A stretch of 64,000 nt of DNA from an uncultured Actinomycetota bacterium (GTDB taxonomy: Bacteria > Actinomycetota > Actinomycetes > JAHEKZ01): contig CAVURN010000003.1 in NCBI GenBank assembly GCA_963743915.1, positions 323,207 through 387,206 of the forward strand. Reading direction: 5' to 3'. This document shows positions 53,521 to 61,791 of this stretch, piece after piece. The notes below the pieces were generated by a model. That model saw only the letters and a list, made by a program, of their open reading frames with translations, had not been told where the DNA came from and searched no databases. The position numbers and the translations under genes were made by a program. The stretch's first letter is position 1, and the number at the start of each line of letters is the position of its first letter.

Positions 53521-54306
53521 ATGCGCATCGCCACCTGGAACGTGAACTCGGTCACCGCGCGACTTCCGCGCGTCGTCGACTGGCTCCAGCAGACCGGCAC
53601 CGACGTGCTGTGCCTGCAGGAGACCAAGGTCGCCGACACCGCCTTCCCTGCGCTCCCCCTCGAGGAGATCGGCTACGAGACGGCGCACTTCGGGCAGGGC
53701 CGCTGGAACGGCGTCGCGGTCGTCTCGCGGGTGGGGATCGCCGACGTGGAGCACGGCTTCACCGACTGTCCGGGCTTCCCGGAACCGGCAGACGTCGAGG
53801 CGCGAGCCATCGGCGCGACGTGCGGCGGCGTCCGGGTGTGGTCGTTCTACGTGCCCAACGGACGCACCCCCGAGGACCCGCACTACGCGTACAAGCTCTC
53901 CTGGCTGGCAGCTGCGCGTGAGCACCTTGCGAACCAGGTCGCAGGCCCGACCCCCTTGGCCGTCATGGGCGATTTCAACATCGCCCCCACCGACGCGGAC
54001 GTGTGGGACCCGGCGGCCTTCGTCGGCGCGACCCACGTCACCCCTCCGGAACGGGAGGCCTACGCGGCCCTGCTCACCCTGGGGCTCACCGACGTGTTCC
54101 CCAGGGCGCTCAAGGGCGACCACCCCTTCACCTACTGGGACTACCGGGACGGCGCGTTCCACCGCGGCATGGGGATGCGCATCGACTTCGTCCTCGCGAA
54201 CGCCGCGTTGCAGGCGGCGGTGAAGGACGCCTACGTCGACCGTGAGGCGCGGAAGGGCAAGGGCCCCAGCGACCACGCGCCGATCGTGGTCGACGCCGAC
54301 CTCTGA
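53521..54306 (+). CDS. xthA: Exodeoxyribonuclease III
   Basis: MRIATWNVNSVTARLPRVVDWL...DVLCLQETK...GDFNIAPTDADVW...RIDFVL...SDHAPIVVD is the canonical EEP/ExoIII sequence. Confidence 0.95.
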   Translation: MRIATWNVNSVTARLPRVVDWLQQTGTDVLCLQETKVADTAFPALPLEEIGYETAHFGQGRWNGVAVVSRVGIADVEHGFTDCPGFPEPADVEARAIGATCGGVRVWSFYVPNGRTPEDPHYAYKLSWLAAAREHLANQVAGPTPLAVMGDFNIAPTDADVWDPAAFVGATHVTPPEREAYAALLTLGLTDVFPRALKGDHPFTYWDYRDGAFHRGMGMRIDFVLANAALQAAVKDAYVDREARKGKGPSDHAPIVVDADL

Positions 54307-54594
54307 GGGCGCTGTCCTCCACACTCGGCGTCCAGGAAGCACCTCCAAGGGGACAGTCGGCGGGTTCGGGGGCCAGCGGCAGGCCGTCCACAGGGGGCTC
54401 GAGGGTCCGCCGTCCACCGGCGATTTCGTGTCCAGCACCCGCGCCGGGTACTCTCGGCAGGCTGGTTCCGGGCCTGCGCGGCTCGGTTCCCGCCGAAAGG
54501 GCGTCCACCGGCACCCGCCACCGGACGTCGCACGCATCGCCCTCCTGTCACGGAACGTCCGTGACCGCCTGAGTCCAGAGGAGGTGGAGAACGC

Positions 54595-54885
54595 ATGCGT
54601 CAGTACGAGCTCATGGTCATTCTCGACCCCGAACTCGAAGAGCGCACCGTCGCTCCCTCGCTCGACCAGTTCATGAACGTCATCCGCAAGGACGGCGGCA
54701 CGGTGGACAAGGTCGACATCTGGGGACGCCGCCGGCTCGCCCACGAGATCGACAAGAAGAGCGAAGGCATCTACGCCGTCATCGACATGCAGGCCCAGCC
54801 GGACACGGTCAAGGAGCTCGACCGTCAGCTGAACCTGACCGAGGCGGTCCTGCGGACCAAGGTCGTCCGCAAGGACGGGAAGTAG
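54595..54885 (+). CDS. rpsF: 30S ribosomal protein S6
   Basis: [19 protein letters not shown]...[23 protein letters not shown]. Confidence 0.95.
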   Translation: MRQYELMVILDPELEERTVAPSLDQFMNVIRKDGGTVDKVDIWGRRRLAHEIDKKSEGIYAVIDMQAQPDTVKELDRQLNLTEAVLRTKVVRKDGK

Positions 54886-54892
54886 GTCTGCC

Positions 54893-55360
54893 ATGGCTGG
54901 AGACACCGTCATCACCGTCGTCGGCAACCTGACCGACGACCCCGAGCTGCGCTTCACCGCGTCCGGTGCCGCCGTCGCCAACTTCACCGTGGCGTCGACG
55001 CCCCGCTTCTTCGACAAGAACACCAACGACTGGAAGGACGGAGACGCGCTCTTCCTGCGCTGCTCCATCTGGCGTCAGGCCGCCGAGAACGTCGCGGAGT
55101 CCCTCACCAAGGGCGCTCGCGTGGTCGTCCAGGGACGCCTGAAGCAGCGGTCGTACGAGACCCGCGAGGGCGAGAAGCGCACCGTGTACGAGCTCGACGT
55201 CGACGAGGTCGGCCCGTCGCTGCGCTACGCCACCGCCAAGGTCACCAAGGTCACCCGCAGCGGCGGGGGCGGCGGCTTCGGGGGCGGCGCGCCCGCGGCG
55301 GCACCCGCTGACGACCCGTGGGCCGCCGCAGCACCGGTCGACGAAGAGCCGCCGTTCTGA
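54893..55360 (+). CDS. ssb: Single-stranded DNA-binding protein
   Basis: OB fold ([31 protein letters not shown]), a Gly-rich linker, and an acidic tail ending in DEEPPF. Confidence 0.95.
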   Translation: MAGDTVITVVGNLTDDPELRFTASGAAVANFTVASTPRFFDKNTNDWKDGDALFLRCSIWRQAAENVAESLTKGARVVVQGRLKQRSYETREGEKRTVYELDVDEVGPSLRYATAKVTKVTRSGGGGGFGGGAPAAAPADDPWAAAAPVDEEPPF

Positions 55361-55424
55361 CGGCACCGAGACCCATCCGACCCATCCCCGCCCCGGCGGG
55401 GCCCTGAGCACCAGGAGCACCACG

Positions 55425-55661
55425 ATGGCCAAGCCCCCCCTGCGCAAGCCGAAGAAGAAGGTTTGCCAGTTCTGCAAGAAGAACGCCCCGGTGATCGACT
55501 ACAAGGACACCACCTTGCTGCGCAAGTTCGTGTCCGACCGCGGCAAGATCCGCGCCCGTCGGGTCACCGGCAACTGCACCCAGCACCAGCGTGACATCGC
55601 GATGGCAGTCAAGAACTCCCGCGAGATGGCGCTGCTGCCGTACTCCGCTTCGGCGCGCTAG
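55425..55661 (+). CDS. rpsR: 30S ribosomal protein S18
   Basis: [60 protein letters not shown]. Confidence 0.95.
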   Translation: MAKPPLRKPKKKVCQFCKKNAPVIDYKDTTLLRKFVSDRGKIRARRVTGNCTQHQRDIAMAVKNSREMALLPYSASAR

Positions 55662-55675
55662 GAAGAGGTCACGAG

Positions 55676-56128
55676 ATGAAGCTCATCCTCACCCACGAGG
55701 TCACTGGCCTCGGCGCCCCCGGCGACATCGTCGAGGTCAAGGACGGCTACGGCCGCAACTTCCTGCTGCCCCGCGGCATGGCGCTGCCGTGGACGCGTGG
55801 CGGCGAGAAGCAGATCACCACGATCAAGCGCGCCAGGGACGCCCGTGCGATCAGCGACCTCGGTCACGCGAACGAGGTCAAGGCACAGCTGGCCAGCCTC
55901 GACGTCACCCTCGAGGTCCGTGCCGGTGACACCGGTCGCCTGTTCGGCGCGGTGACCGCGTCGGACATCGTGGACGCGGTGTCCGCGGCCGGCGGCCCCG
56001 CGCTCGACAAGCGCTCGGTCCAGGTGCCCGCCCCGATCAAGACGATCGGCTCTCACACCGTCACCGTCGCGCTGCACCCCGAGGTCGACGCGACCGTCGA
56101 GGTGGACGTCGTCCCCGCATCCTCCTGA
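55676..56128 (+). CDS. rplI: 50S ribosomal protein L9
   Basis: [36 protein letters not shown]... Confidence 0.95.
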   Translation: MKLILTHEVTGLGAPGDIVEVKDGYGRNFLLPRGMALPWTRGGEKQITTIKRARDARAISDLGHANEVKAQLASLDVTLEVRAGDTGRLFGAVTASDIVDAVSAAGGPALDKRSVQVPAPIKTIGSHTVTVALHPEVDATVEVDVVPASS

Positions 56129-56198
56129 CGCGGAACCCGTGAGCGGAGCGCCTCCCAGAGGGCGTCCGTCTCACGCGCTGTCTGCCTAGGATCGACCG

Positions 56199-57467
56199 AT
56201 GGCGACCTCGCGGCTCTCGCCGATGTCGCGTCTGGCGCTGCTCGCCGGTCGCGCGGCCTCGACGCTCTCGCGCCGGCTCGGTCGAGGGCGCGGTGCCCAG
56301 GTCGGCGGCAAGGTGGCGTACCGGCTCTGGCCGCGCACTCTCGACGACCTCGCGTCCGGTCGTACGACGCTCCTGGTGTCGGCGACGAACGGCAAGAGCA
56401 CCACGGCGACGCTCGCTGCTGCCGCCGTGCGCACCCTCGGCCCCACCGCTTTCAACGCGACCGGGGCCAACATGGAGGAGGGACTGGTCGTCGCGCTCGA
56501 CACCGACCGCGCTGCTCCCTACGCCGTGCTCGAGACCGACGAGGCCTACCTTGACGTCGTCATGCGCGCGACGCGCCCGCGCGTCGTCACCTTGATGAAC
56601 CTCAGTCGCGACTTCCTCGAGCGTGGCGTGCGGGCCAAGCGGTTGGCCGCCCTCTGGCGCTCCACGCTGGCCACCGTCGACTGGCCGTGCACGGTGGTGG
56701 CCGACGCCGACGACGCGCTCGTCGCGTGGGCGGTGCGCGGGCATCCCGACGTCGTGTGGGTCTCCGGCGAGGACGCCTTCGTCGACGACGCCATGATCTG
56801 TCGCGACTGCTTCGTCCGGCTCGACCGTGGTGGCGCCCACCAGTGGCGCTGCCCCTCCTGCGGGTTCGGGCGCCCCGAGCCGCAGTGGGTCTGGCGGGAA
56901 GGTGCAGCCGAGGGTCCGGAGGGCCGGGTCGAGGTGCCCACGGTGCTTCCCGGCCATGCCGCCACGGTGAACGTGCTCTTCGCGCTGGCCTCCGCCGTGG
57001 CGATGGGAGCTTCCCCCGATCGGGCGGCGGCGGAGATCGCGCGCGTCGAGAACGTGGACGGCCGGTACGCGCCGCACCGCTACGGCGAGCACGAGATCCG
57101 CGTGCTGCTGGCCAAGAACCCGGCGAGCTGGACGGAGTCGATCGAGACTCTGGCCACCGCGCATGCGGACGACCCGGGTCGTTCCATCGTGCTGATGATG
57201 GGTGCGCGCGGAGCCGGTGGCGGGCAGGACACCGCGATGCTCTGGGACGCCCCGTTCGAACGGCTCGCCGGCGTACCGGTGACCACGACGGGGTCGCGCG
57301 GCGACGAGCTCGCCCTGCGTCTCGCGGTGGCCGGTGTCGACGTGCGGCGCACGGAGTCCGGGGACCTGATGGAGGCGGTCGAGAGGCAGCCACCGGGAGC
57401 GGTCGACGTGGTCGCGAACTGGCCGGCCTTCAACGCGCTGCTGGACCGGGTGGGTCGCGGCACATGA
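56199..57467 (+). CDS. murT: Lipid II isoglutaminyl synthase subunit MurT (Mur-ligase family with DUF1727)
   Basis: Mur ligase P-loop VSATNGKSTTATL, the MurT-specific Cys4 ribbon (CRDCFVRLDRGGAHQWRCPSCG), and the paired downstream GatD-like gene. Confidence 0.85.
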   Translation: MATSRLSPMSRLALLAGRAASTLSRRLGRGRGAQVGGKVAYRLWPRTLDDLASGRTTLLVSATNGKSTTATLAAAAVRTLGPTAFNATGANMEEGLVVALDTDRAAPYAVLETDEAYLDVVMRATRPRVVTLMNLSRDFLERGVRAKRLAALWRSTLATVDWPCTVVADADDALVAWAVRGHPDVVWVSGEDAFVDDAMICRDCFVRLDRGGAHQWRCPSCGFGRPEPQWVWREGAAEGPEGRVEVPTVLPGHAATVNVLFALASAVAMGASPDRAAAEIARVENVDGRYAPHRYGEHEIRVLLAKNPASWTESIETLATAHADDPGRSIVLMMGARGAGGGQDTAMLWDAPFERLAGVPVTTTGSRGDELALRLAVAGVDVRRTESGDLMEAVERQPPGAVDVVANWPAFNALLDRVGRGT

Positions 57468-58177
57468 AGGGGCAGCTGGTCGTCGTCGACCTCTATCCGT
57501 CACTGCTGCAGCCCGAGGGTGACCGCGGCAATGCGGTGCTGCTCGCTCACCGCGCGCGCTGCTTCGGTGTGGAGGCGACAGCGACCGTGGTGCATCCGGG
57601 AGACCCACTCCCGCCGGCGGACATCGTCTGCCTCGGTGGCAGCGAGGACGCGGACCTGGCCGTGGCCGCCGACCGGCTCCGCGCATGTGGGCTGGTCGAG
57701 CTCGTCACCGACGGGGCGGTCGTGTTCGGGGTGGGCGGGGGCTACGCGCTGCTGGGCCATGAGCTCGTCGCTGCGGACGGCTCCCGGCACGAAGGGCTCG
57801 GCCTGCTGGACGTGGTGATGAGCGACACCGGTGCCCTGGTCTCCGGGCCGGTGCTCACCCTGCCGGCACCCGAGCTCGGCCTGGGCCAGGTGAGCGGCTA
57901 CGAGTACCACCGGCAGGTCGCCACCCGCGGAGCCGGCGTCGACGCCTGGCTGCCGCTCGAGATCGGCCACGGCGACCATGGATTCGCGGGCAGCCGCCAC
58001 CAGTCCGTCGTCGGCTGCTGGATGCACGGACCGGTGCTGCCGAGGAACCCCGACCTCGCCGACCTGCTGCTCCGCTGGGCCGGGGTGGCGGTGGATCCGG
58101 CGGGCTGCCCCGAGGACGCGATCGCGGCCCACGTCCGGAGCCGCCGGGCCGCCGAGGCTCGCGCCGCGCCACGGTGA
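57464..58177 (+). CDS. gatD: GatD/CobQ-type glutamine amidotransferase partner of MurT (the expected catalytic Cys is Gly here)
   Basis: The ATG overlaps the murT stop (ATGA). It aligns by eye with S. aureus GatD: ...VCLGGSED..., VFGVGGGYALLG (versus LTICGGYQFLG) and CWMHGPVLPRNP (versus TYLHGPILPKN). Confidence 0.75.
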   Translation: MKGQLVVVDLYPSLLQPEGDRGNAVLLAHRARCFGVEATATVVHPGDPLPPADIVCLGGSEDADLAVAADRLRACGLVELVTDGAVVFGVGGGYALLGHELVAADGSRHEGLGLLDVVMSDTGALVSGPVLTLPAPELGLGQVSGYEYHRQVATRGAGVDAWLPLEIGHGDHGFAGSRHQSVVGCWMHGPVLPRNPDLADLLLRWAGVAVDPAGCPEDAIAAHVRSRRAAEARAAPR

Positions 58178-58478
58178 CGGTCGGCGTCCAGCATGTGAGA
58201 TGGGACGTGCCGAATGTGCGTCCACAGGGGGTGGACGCCGATCCCGCTGGTCAGGCCGCCGGCCGGGGGCTGCGGCGCGCGAATCCCCAGCGGCGTCCCC
58301 AGGCCCCTCCCCGGCCGCAGGGCAGGTTTCCCCAGGGCGCGGACCCTTGTCCCCAGCACTGTCCACAGGCCTTCTTGGACCTGTCGGACGCACCCGGTAG
58401 AACCGTCCTGGCAGGTGACCGGTGCCTGCCTGCGCGTCGTCGCTCCGACGCCGCGCCCGGTCCGGACTGGAGGCGTGG

Positions 58479-59846
58479 GTGACGGTCACCGAGCTGCCCG
58501 ACCGCGGCGAGCGCGACTTCACCGCAGCCTTCGACCGCACCCCTCCGCAAGACCTCGAGGCCGAGCAGAGCGTCCTCGGTGGGATGCTGCTCTCCAAGGA
58601 CGCCATCGCCGACGTCGTCGAGACGGTCCGCGGGGCCGACTTCTACAAGCCGGCCCACCAGACGATCTACGAGTCGATCCTCGACCTCTACGGGCGTGGT
58701 GAGCCGGCCGACGCCATCACCGTCTCGGCCGAGCTGGGCAGGCAGGGCGAGCTCGGCCGGGTCGGCGGGGCCCCCTACCTGCACACCTTGATCTCGTCGG
58801 TGCCCACCGCCGCGAATGCCGGGTACTACGCGCGGATCGTCTCCGAGCGCGCGATCATGCGCCGCCTGGTCGAGGCCGGCACCCGGATCACGCAGATGGG
58901 GTACTCCGACACCGGCGAGGTCGACGAGGTCGTCGACCGCGCGCAGGCGGAGATCTACCAGGTCACCGAGCGACGCACGAGCGAGGACTACGCGCCGCTG
59001 GCCGAGATCATGGAAGGCACCCTCGACGAGATCGAGGCCATCGGATCGCGCGGCGGCACCATGGTCGGCGTCCCGACCGGTTTCACCGACCTCGACGGCC
59101 TCACCAACGGACTGCACCCCGGCCAGCTCGTGGTGGTGGCGGCGCGCCCCGGTCTCGGCAAGTCCACCCTCGCCCTGGACTTCGCGCGCGCCGCGTCCAT
59201 CAAGCACGGCCTCACCAGCGTCATCTTCTCCCTGGAGATGACGCGGAACGAGATCACCATGCGGCTGCTCTCCGCCGAGGCGCGGGTCGGCCTGCACCAC
59301 ATGCGTACCGGCAGCCTCGGCGACGACGACTGGACCAAGCTCGCCCGCAAGATGTCCGAGGTCGCCAGCGCCCCGCTGTTCATCGACGACTCGCCGAACA
59401 TGACGATGATGGAGATCCGGGCGAAGTGCCGGCGCCTCAAGCAGCGGCACGACCTCAAGCTCGTCGTGGTCGACTACCTCCAGCTGATGAGCAGCGGAAA
59501 GCGCGTCGAGAGCCGCCAGCAGGAGGTCGCGGAGTTCTCCCGGGCGTTGAAGCTGCTGGCCAAGGAGCTCGAGGTGCCGGTGGTCGCTCTCAGCCAGCTC
59601 AACCGTGGTCCGGAGCAGCGCACCGACAAGAAGCCCATGCTCGCCGACCTCCGCGAGAGCGGTTCGATCGAGCAGGATGCCGACCTCGTCATGCTGCTCC
59701 ACCGCGAGGACGCGTACGAGCGCGAGTCGCCGCGTGCGGGTGAGGCCGACTTCATCGTCGCCAAGCACCGCAACGGTCCGACGGCGACGATCACCGTCGC
59801 CTTCCAGGGCCACTACTCGCGCTTCGTGGACATGGCCCACGGCTAG
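58479..59846 (+). CDS. dnaB: Replicative DNA helicase DnaB (no intein)
   Basis: PPQDLEAEQSVLGGMLLSKDAIADV..., Walker A AARPGLGKSTLALDFA, and SGSIEQDADLVMLLHRED. The GTG at 58479 is in frame with track ORF 58422-59846. The length (455 aa) leaves no room for an intein. Confidence 0.95.
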   Translation: MTVTELPDRGERDFTAAFDRTPPQDLEAEQSVLGGMLLSKDAIADVVETVRGADFYKPAHQTIYESILDLYGRGEPADAITVSAELGRQGELGRVGGAPYLHTLISSVPTAANAGYYARIVSERAIMRRLVEAGTRITQMGYSDTGEVDEVVDRAQAEIYQVTERRTSEDYAPLAEIMEGTLDEIEAIGSRGGTMVGVPTGFTDLDGLTNGLHPGQLVVVAARPGLGKSTLALDFARAASIKHGLTSVIFSLEMTRNEITMRLLSAEARVGLHHMRTGSLGDDDWTKLARKMSEVASAPLFIDDSPNMTMMEIRAKCRRLKQRHDLKLVVVDYLQLMSSGKRVESRQQEVAEFSRALKLLAKELEVPVVALSQLNRGPEQRTDKKPMLADLRESGSIEQDADLVMLLHREDAYERESPRAGEADFIVAKHRNGPTATITVAFQGHYSRFVDMAHG

Positions 59847-59857
59847 GCAGGCACGTC

Positions 59858-60280
59858 TCAGTCGTTGATGGCCTCGACGCCTTGCCGCTTCAGCTCCTCC
59901 AGATGGGCACGCATCTGCTCCACCACCTCGGGGGCGTGGGGCGTCCAGTCCACCACCTCGGCGACGACGCGCAGCGGCTCCCGCGTGCGGTACGAGCGCG
60001 TCGGGTTGCCGGGGAACTTCTTGTCCGTCAGGTTGGGGTCGTCCTCGTAGGGGCCGGTCGCCTCGACCTGGTAGATCCTGCCCGGCCCGTCCCCCACGGC
60101 CAGCTCCGCGCCCCAGGTGGCGGCATCCAGGGTCGCGGTCAGGTAGAGGAAGTTCGCCTTCTGTCGCTGACCGAAGTTGGAGCTGTTGCCCACCTGCAGC
60201 AGGTCTCCCGCCTTCAGGTCTGCCTTCGTCCCGTGGAAGAAGGGTCCGGGATCCGGCGGGTTCTTCGGTTCGTTCGGCAC
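59858..60280 (-). CDS. arr: NAD+-rifampicin ADP-ribosyltransferase (Arr family)
   Basis: Near-identical blocks to Arr-ms, recalled from memory: GPFFHGTKADLKAGDLL, AATWGAELA, IYQVEATGPYEDDPNLTDKKFPGNPTRSYRTREPLRVV and LEELKRQGVEAIND. The GTG at 60280 follows GAGGGGG. The track ORF extends to the ATG at 60328. Confidence 0.85.
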   Translation of the reverse strand: MPNEPKNPPDPGPFFHGTKADLKAGDLLQVGNSSNFGQRQKANFLYLTATLDAATWGAELAVGDGPGRIYQVEATGPYEDDPNLTDKKFPGNPTRSYRTREPLRVVAEVVDWTPHAPEVVEQMRAHLEELKRQGVEAIND

Positions 60281-60369
60281 GGTCACCCCCTCGACTCTCG
60301 GCAGACTATCCCGATGACCAGTCCTCAACGGCCGAGGTGGATCCCTCGCCGCCGCGCAACAATGCAGCC

Positions 60370-61791
60370 GTGAGGATCCTGTCGATCGACCAGGGAACGT
60401 CCGGCACCAAGGCGATCGTCGTCGAGGACGACGGGTCGGTCAGTGCGCTCGCCGAAGTCCCTGTCCATCCGCAGTCCCCCACACCGGGCGCGGTCGAGCA
60501 GGATCCGGCCGAGCTGCTCGAATCGGTGCTCTCGTCCGGCCGTCGGGCGCTGGACGACGCGGGCGGGAGCGTTGACGCGGTGGCGCTCGCCAACCAGGGC
60601 GAGACGGTGCTCACCTGGGACCCGGTCAGCGGACGACCGCTGTCGACTGCTCTGGTCTGGCAGGACAGCAGGGCCCAAGAGGTGTGCGACCGGCTCAGCG
60701 ACCATCGTGAGCTGATCCACCAGCGCACCGGGCTCGTCCTGGATCCCTACTTCTCGGCACCGAAGATGGCCTGGCTGCGCCAGCACGGTGCCACCGAGGG
60801 TGTGGTGACGACGACCGACAGCTGGCTCGTCCACCAGCTGACGGGTGCCTTTGTCACCGATGCGGCGACGGCGAGCCGTTCGCTGGTCCTCGACGTCGAC
60901 ACCGCGGCATGGGACCGCGGGCTGCTCGACATCTTCGGCCTGGCCGACGAGCGGATGCCCCTGGTGGTCTCGAACGACGAGGTCGTCGGCACCACCACGG
61001 CCTTCGGTGGCGAGGTACCGGTCGCGGGTCTGGTCGTCGACCAGCAGGCGGCGCTGCTCGCGGAAGGCTGCACGGAGGTGGGGCGCGCCAAGTGCACCTA
61101 CGGCACCGGGGCATTCCTGCTCGCGAACACGGGCACCGTTGCCCCGCGATCGACCCACGGACTCACCACGTCAGTGGCGTGGCGCACGCGTGAAGGCGTC
61201 CAGTACTGCCTCGACGGACAGGTCTACACGGCGGCCTCCGCCCTCCGGTGGCTCGCCGACCTCGGCCTGGTCGAGGACGTCAGGCAGCTCGACGGCGCTG
61301 CTGCGCCCGACAGCGACGGCGCCCTCTTCGTGCCTGCGCTGGCCGGCCTCGGTGCGCCCTGGTGGCGGTCCGAGGCGCGGGCCAGCTTCTCGGGCATGAG
61401 CCTTGCGACGACACGTGCTCACCTGGTGCGCGCAGTCATCGAGGGGGTCGCGGCCACCGTGGCACGTCTCGTGCAGGTCGTCGGCGACGAGGTGGGCAGC
61501 CCGGTGAGCAGCCTCCGGGTCGACGGTGGTCTCACGCACTCGGCCGCCCTGATGCAGGCGCAGGCGGACCTGCTCCAGATACCCGTCGAGGTGTATCCGT
61601 CGGCCCACGCCACCCCTCTTGGTGCCGCGGTGCTGGCCCGCATGGCGGTGACCGGTGTCGACCTGGCAGACGCCGCCTGGCCGTGGTCGCCGTCGCACAC
61701 CTACCAGCCGTCCTGGACGTCGGACCGCGCCGAGGCGTTCCTCGCACGGTGGGAGCGGGCCGTGGATGCGACGCTCGGTGACGACCGATGA
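60370..61791 (+). CDS. FGGY-family carbohydrate kinase (glycerol kinase-like)
   Basis: VRILSIDQGTSGTKAIVV (FGGY phosphate-1 motif), VWQDSR, and the C-terminal LRVDGGLTHSAALMQAQADLL. The GTG at 60370 is preferred; the track start at 60337 would leave only 8 bp to the longest arr ORF. Confidence 0.8.
   Translation: MRILSIDQGTSGTKAIVVEDDGSVSALAEVPVHPQSPTPGAVEQDPAELLESVLSSGRRALDDAGGSVDAVALANQGETVLTWDPVSGRPLSTALVWQDSRAQEVCDRLSDHRELIHQRTGLVLDPYFSAPKMAWLRQHGATEGVVTTTDSWLVHQLTGAFVTDAATASRSLVLDVDTAAWDRGLLDIFGLADERMPLVVSNDEVVGTTTAFGGEVPVAGLVVDQQAALLAEGCTEVGRAKCTYGTGAFLLANTGTVAPRSTHGLTTSVAWRTREGVQYCLDGQVYTAASALRWLADLGLVEDVRQLDGAAAPDSDGALFVPALAGLGAPWWRSEARASFSGMSLATTRAHLVRAVIEGVAATVARLVQVVGDEVGSPVSSLRVDGGLTHSAALMQAQADLLQIPVEVYPSAHATPLGAAVLARMAVTGVDLADAAWPWSPSHTYQPSWTSDRAEAFLARWERAVDATLGDDR

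Noticed and set aside
58479-59846. An intein in dnaB (common in actinobacteria), or in gyrA/gyrB.
   Set aside because: DnaB is a contiguous 455 aa with the Walker A and downstream helicase motifs at normal spacing. The gyrase disruptions are single-base frame shifts, not insertions of extra coding sequence.
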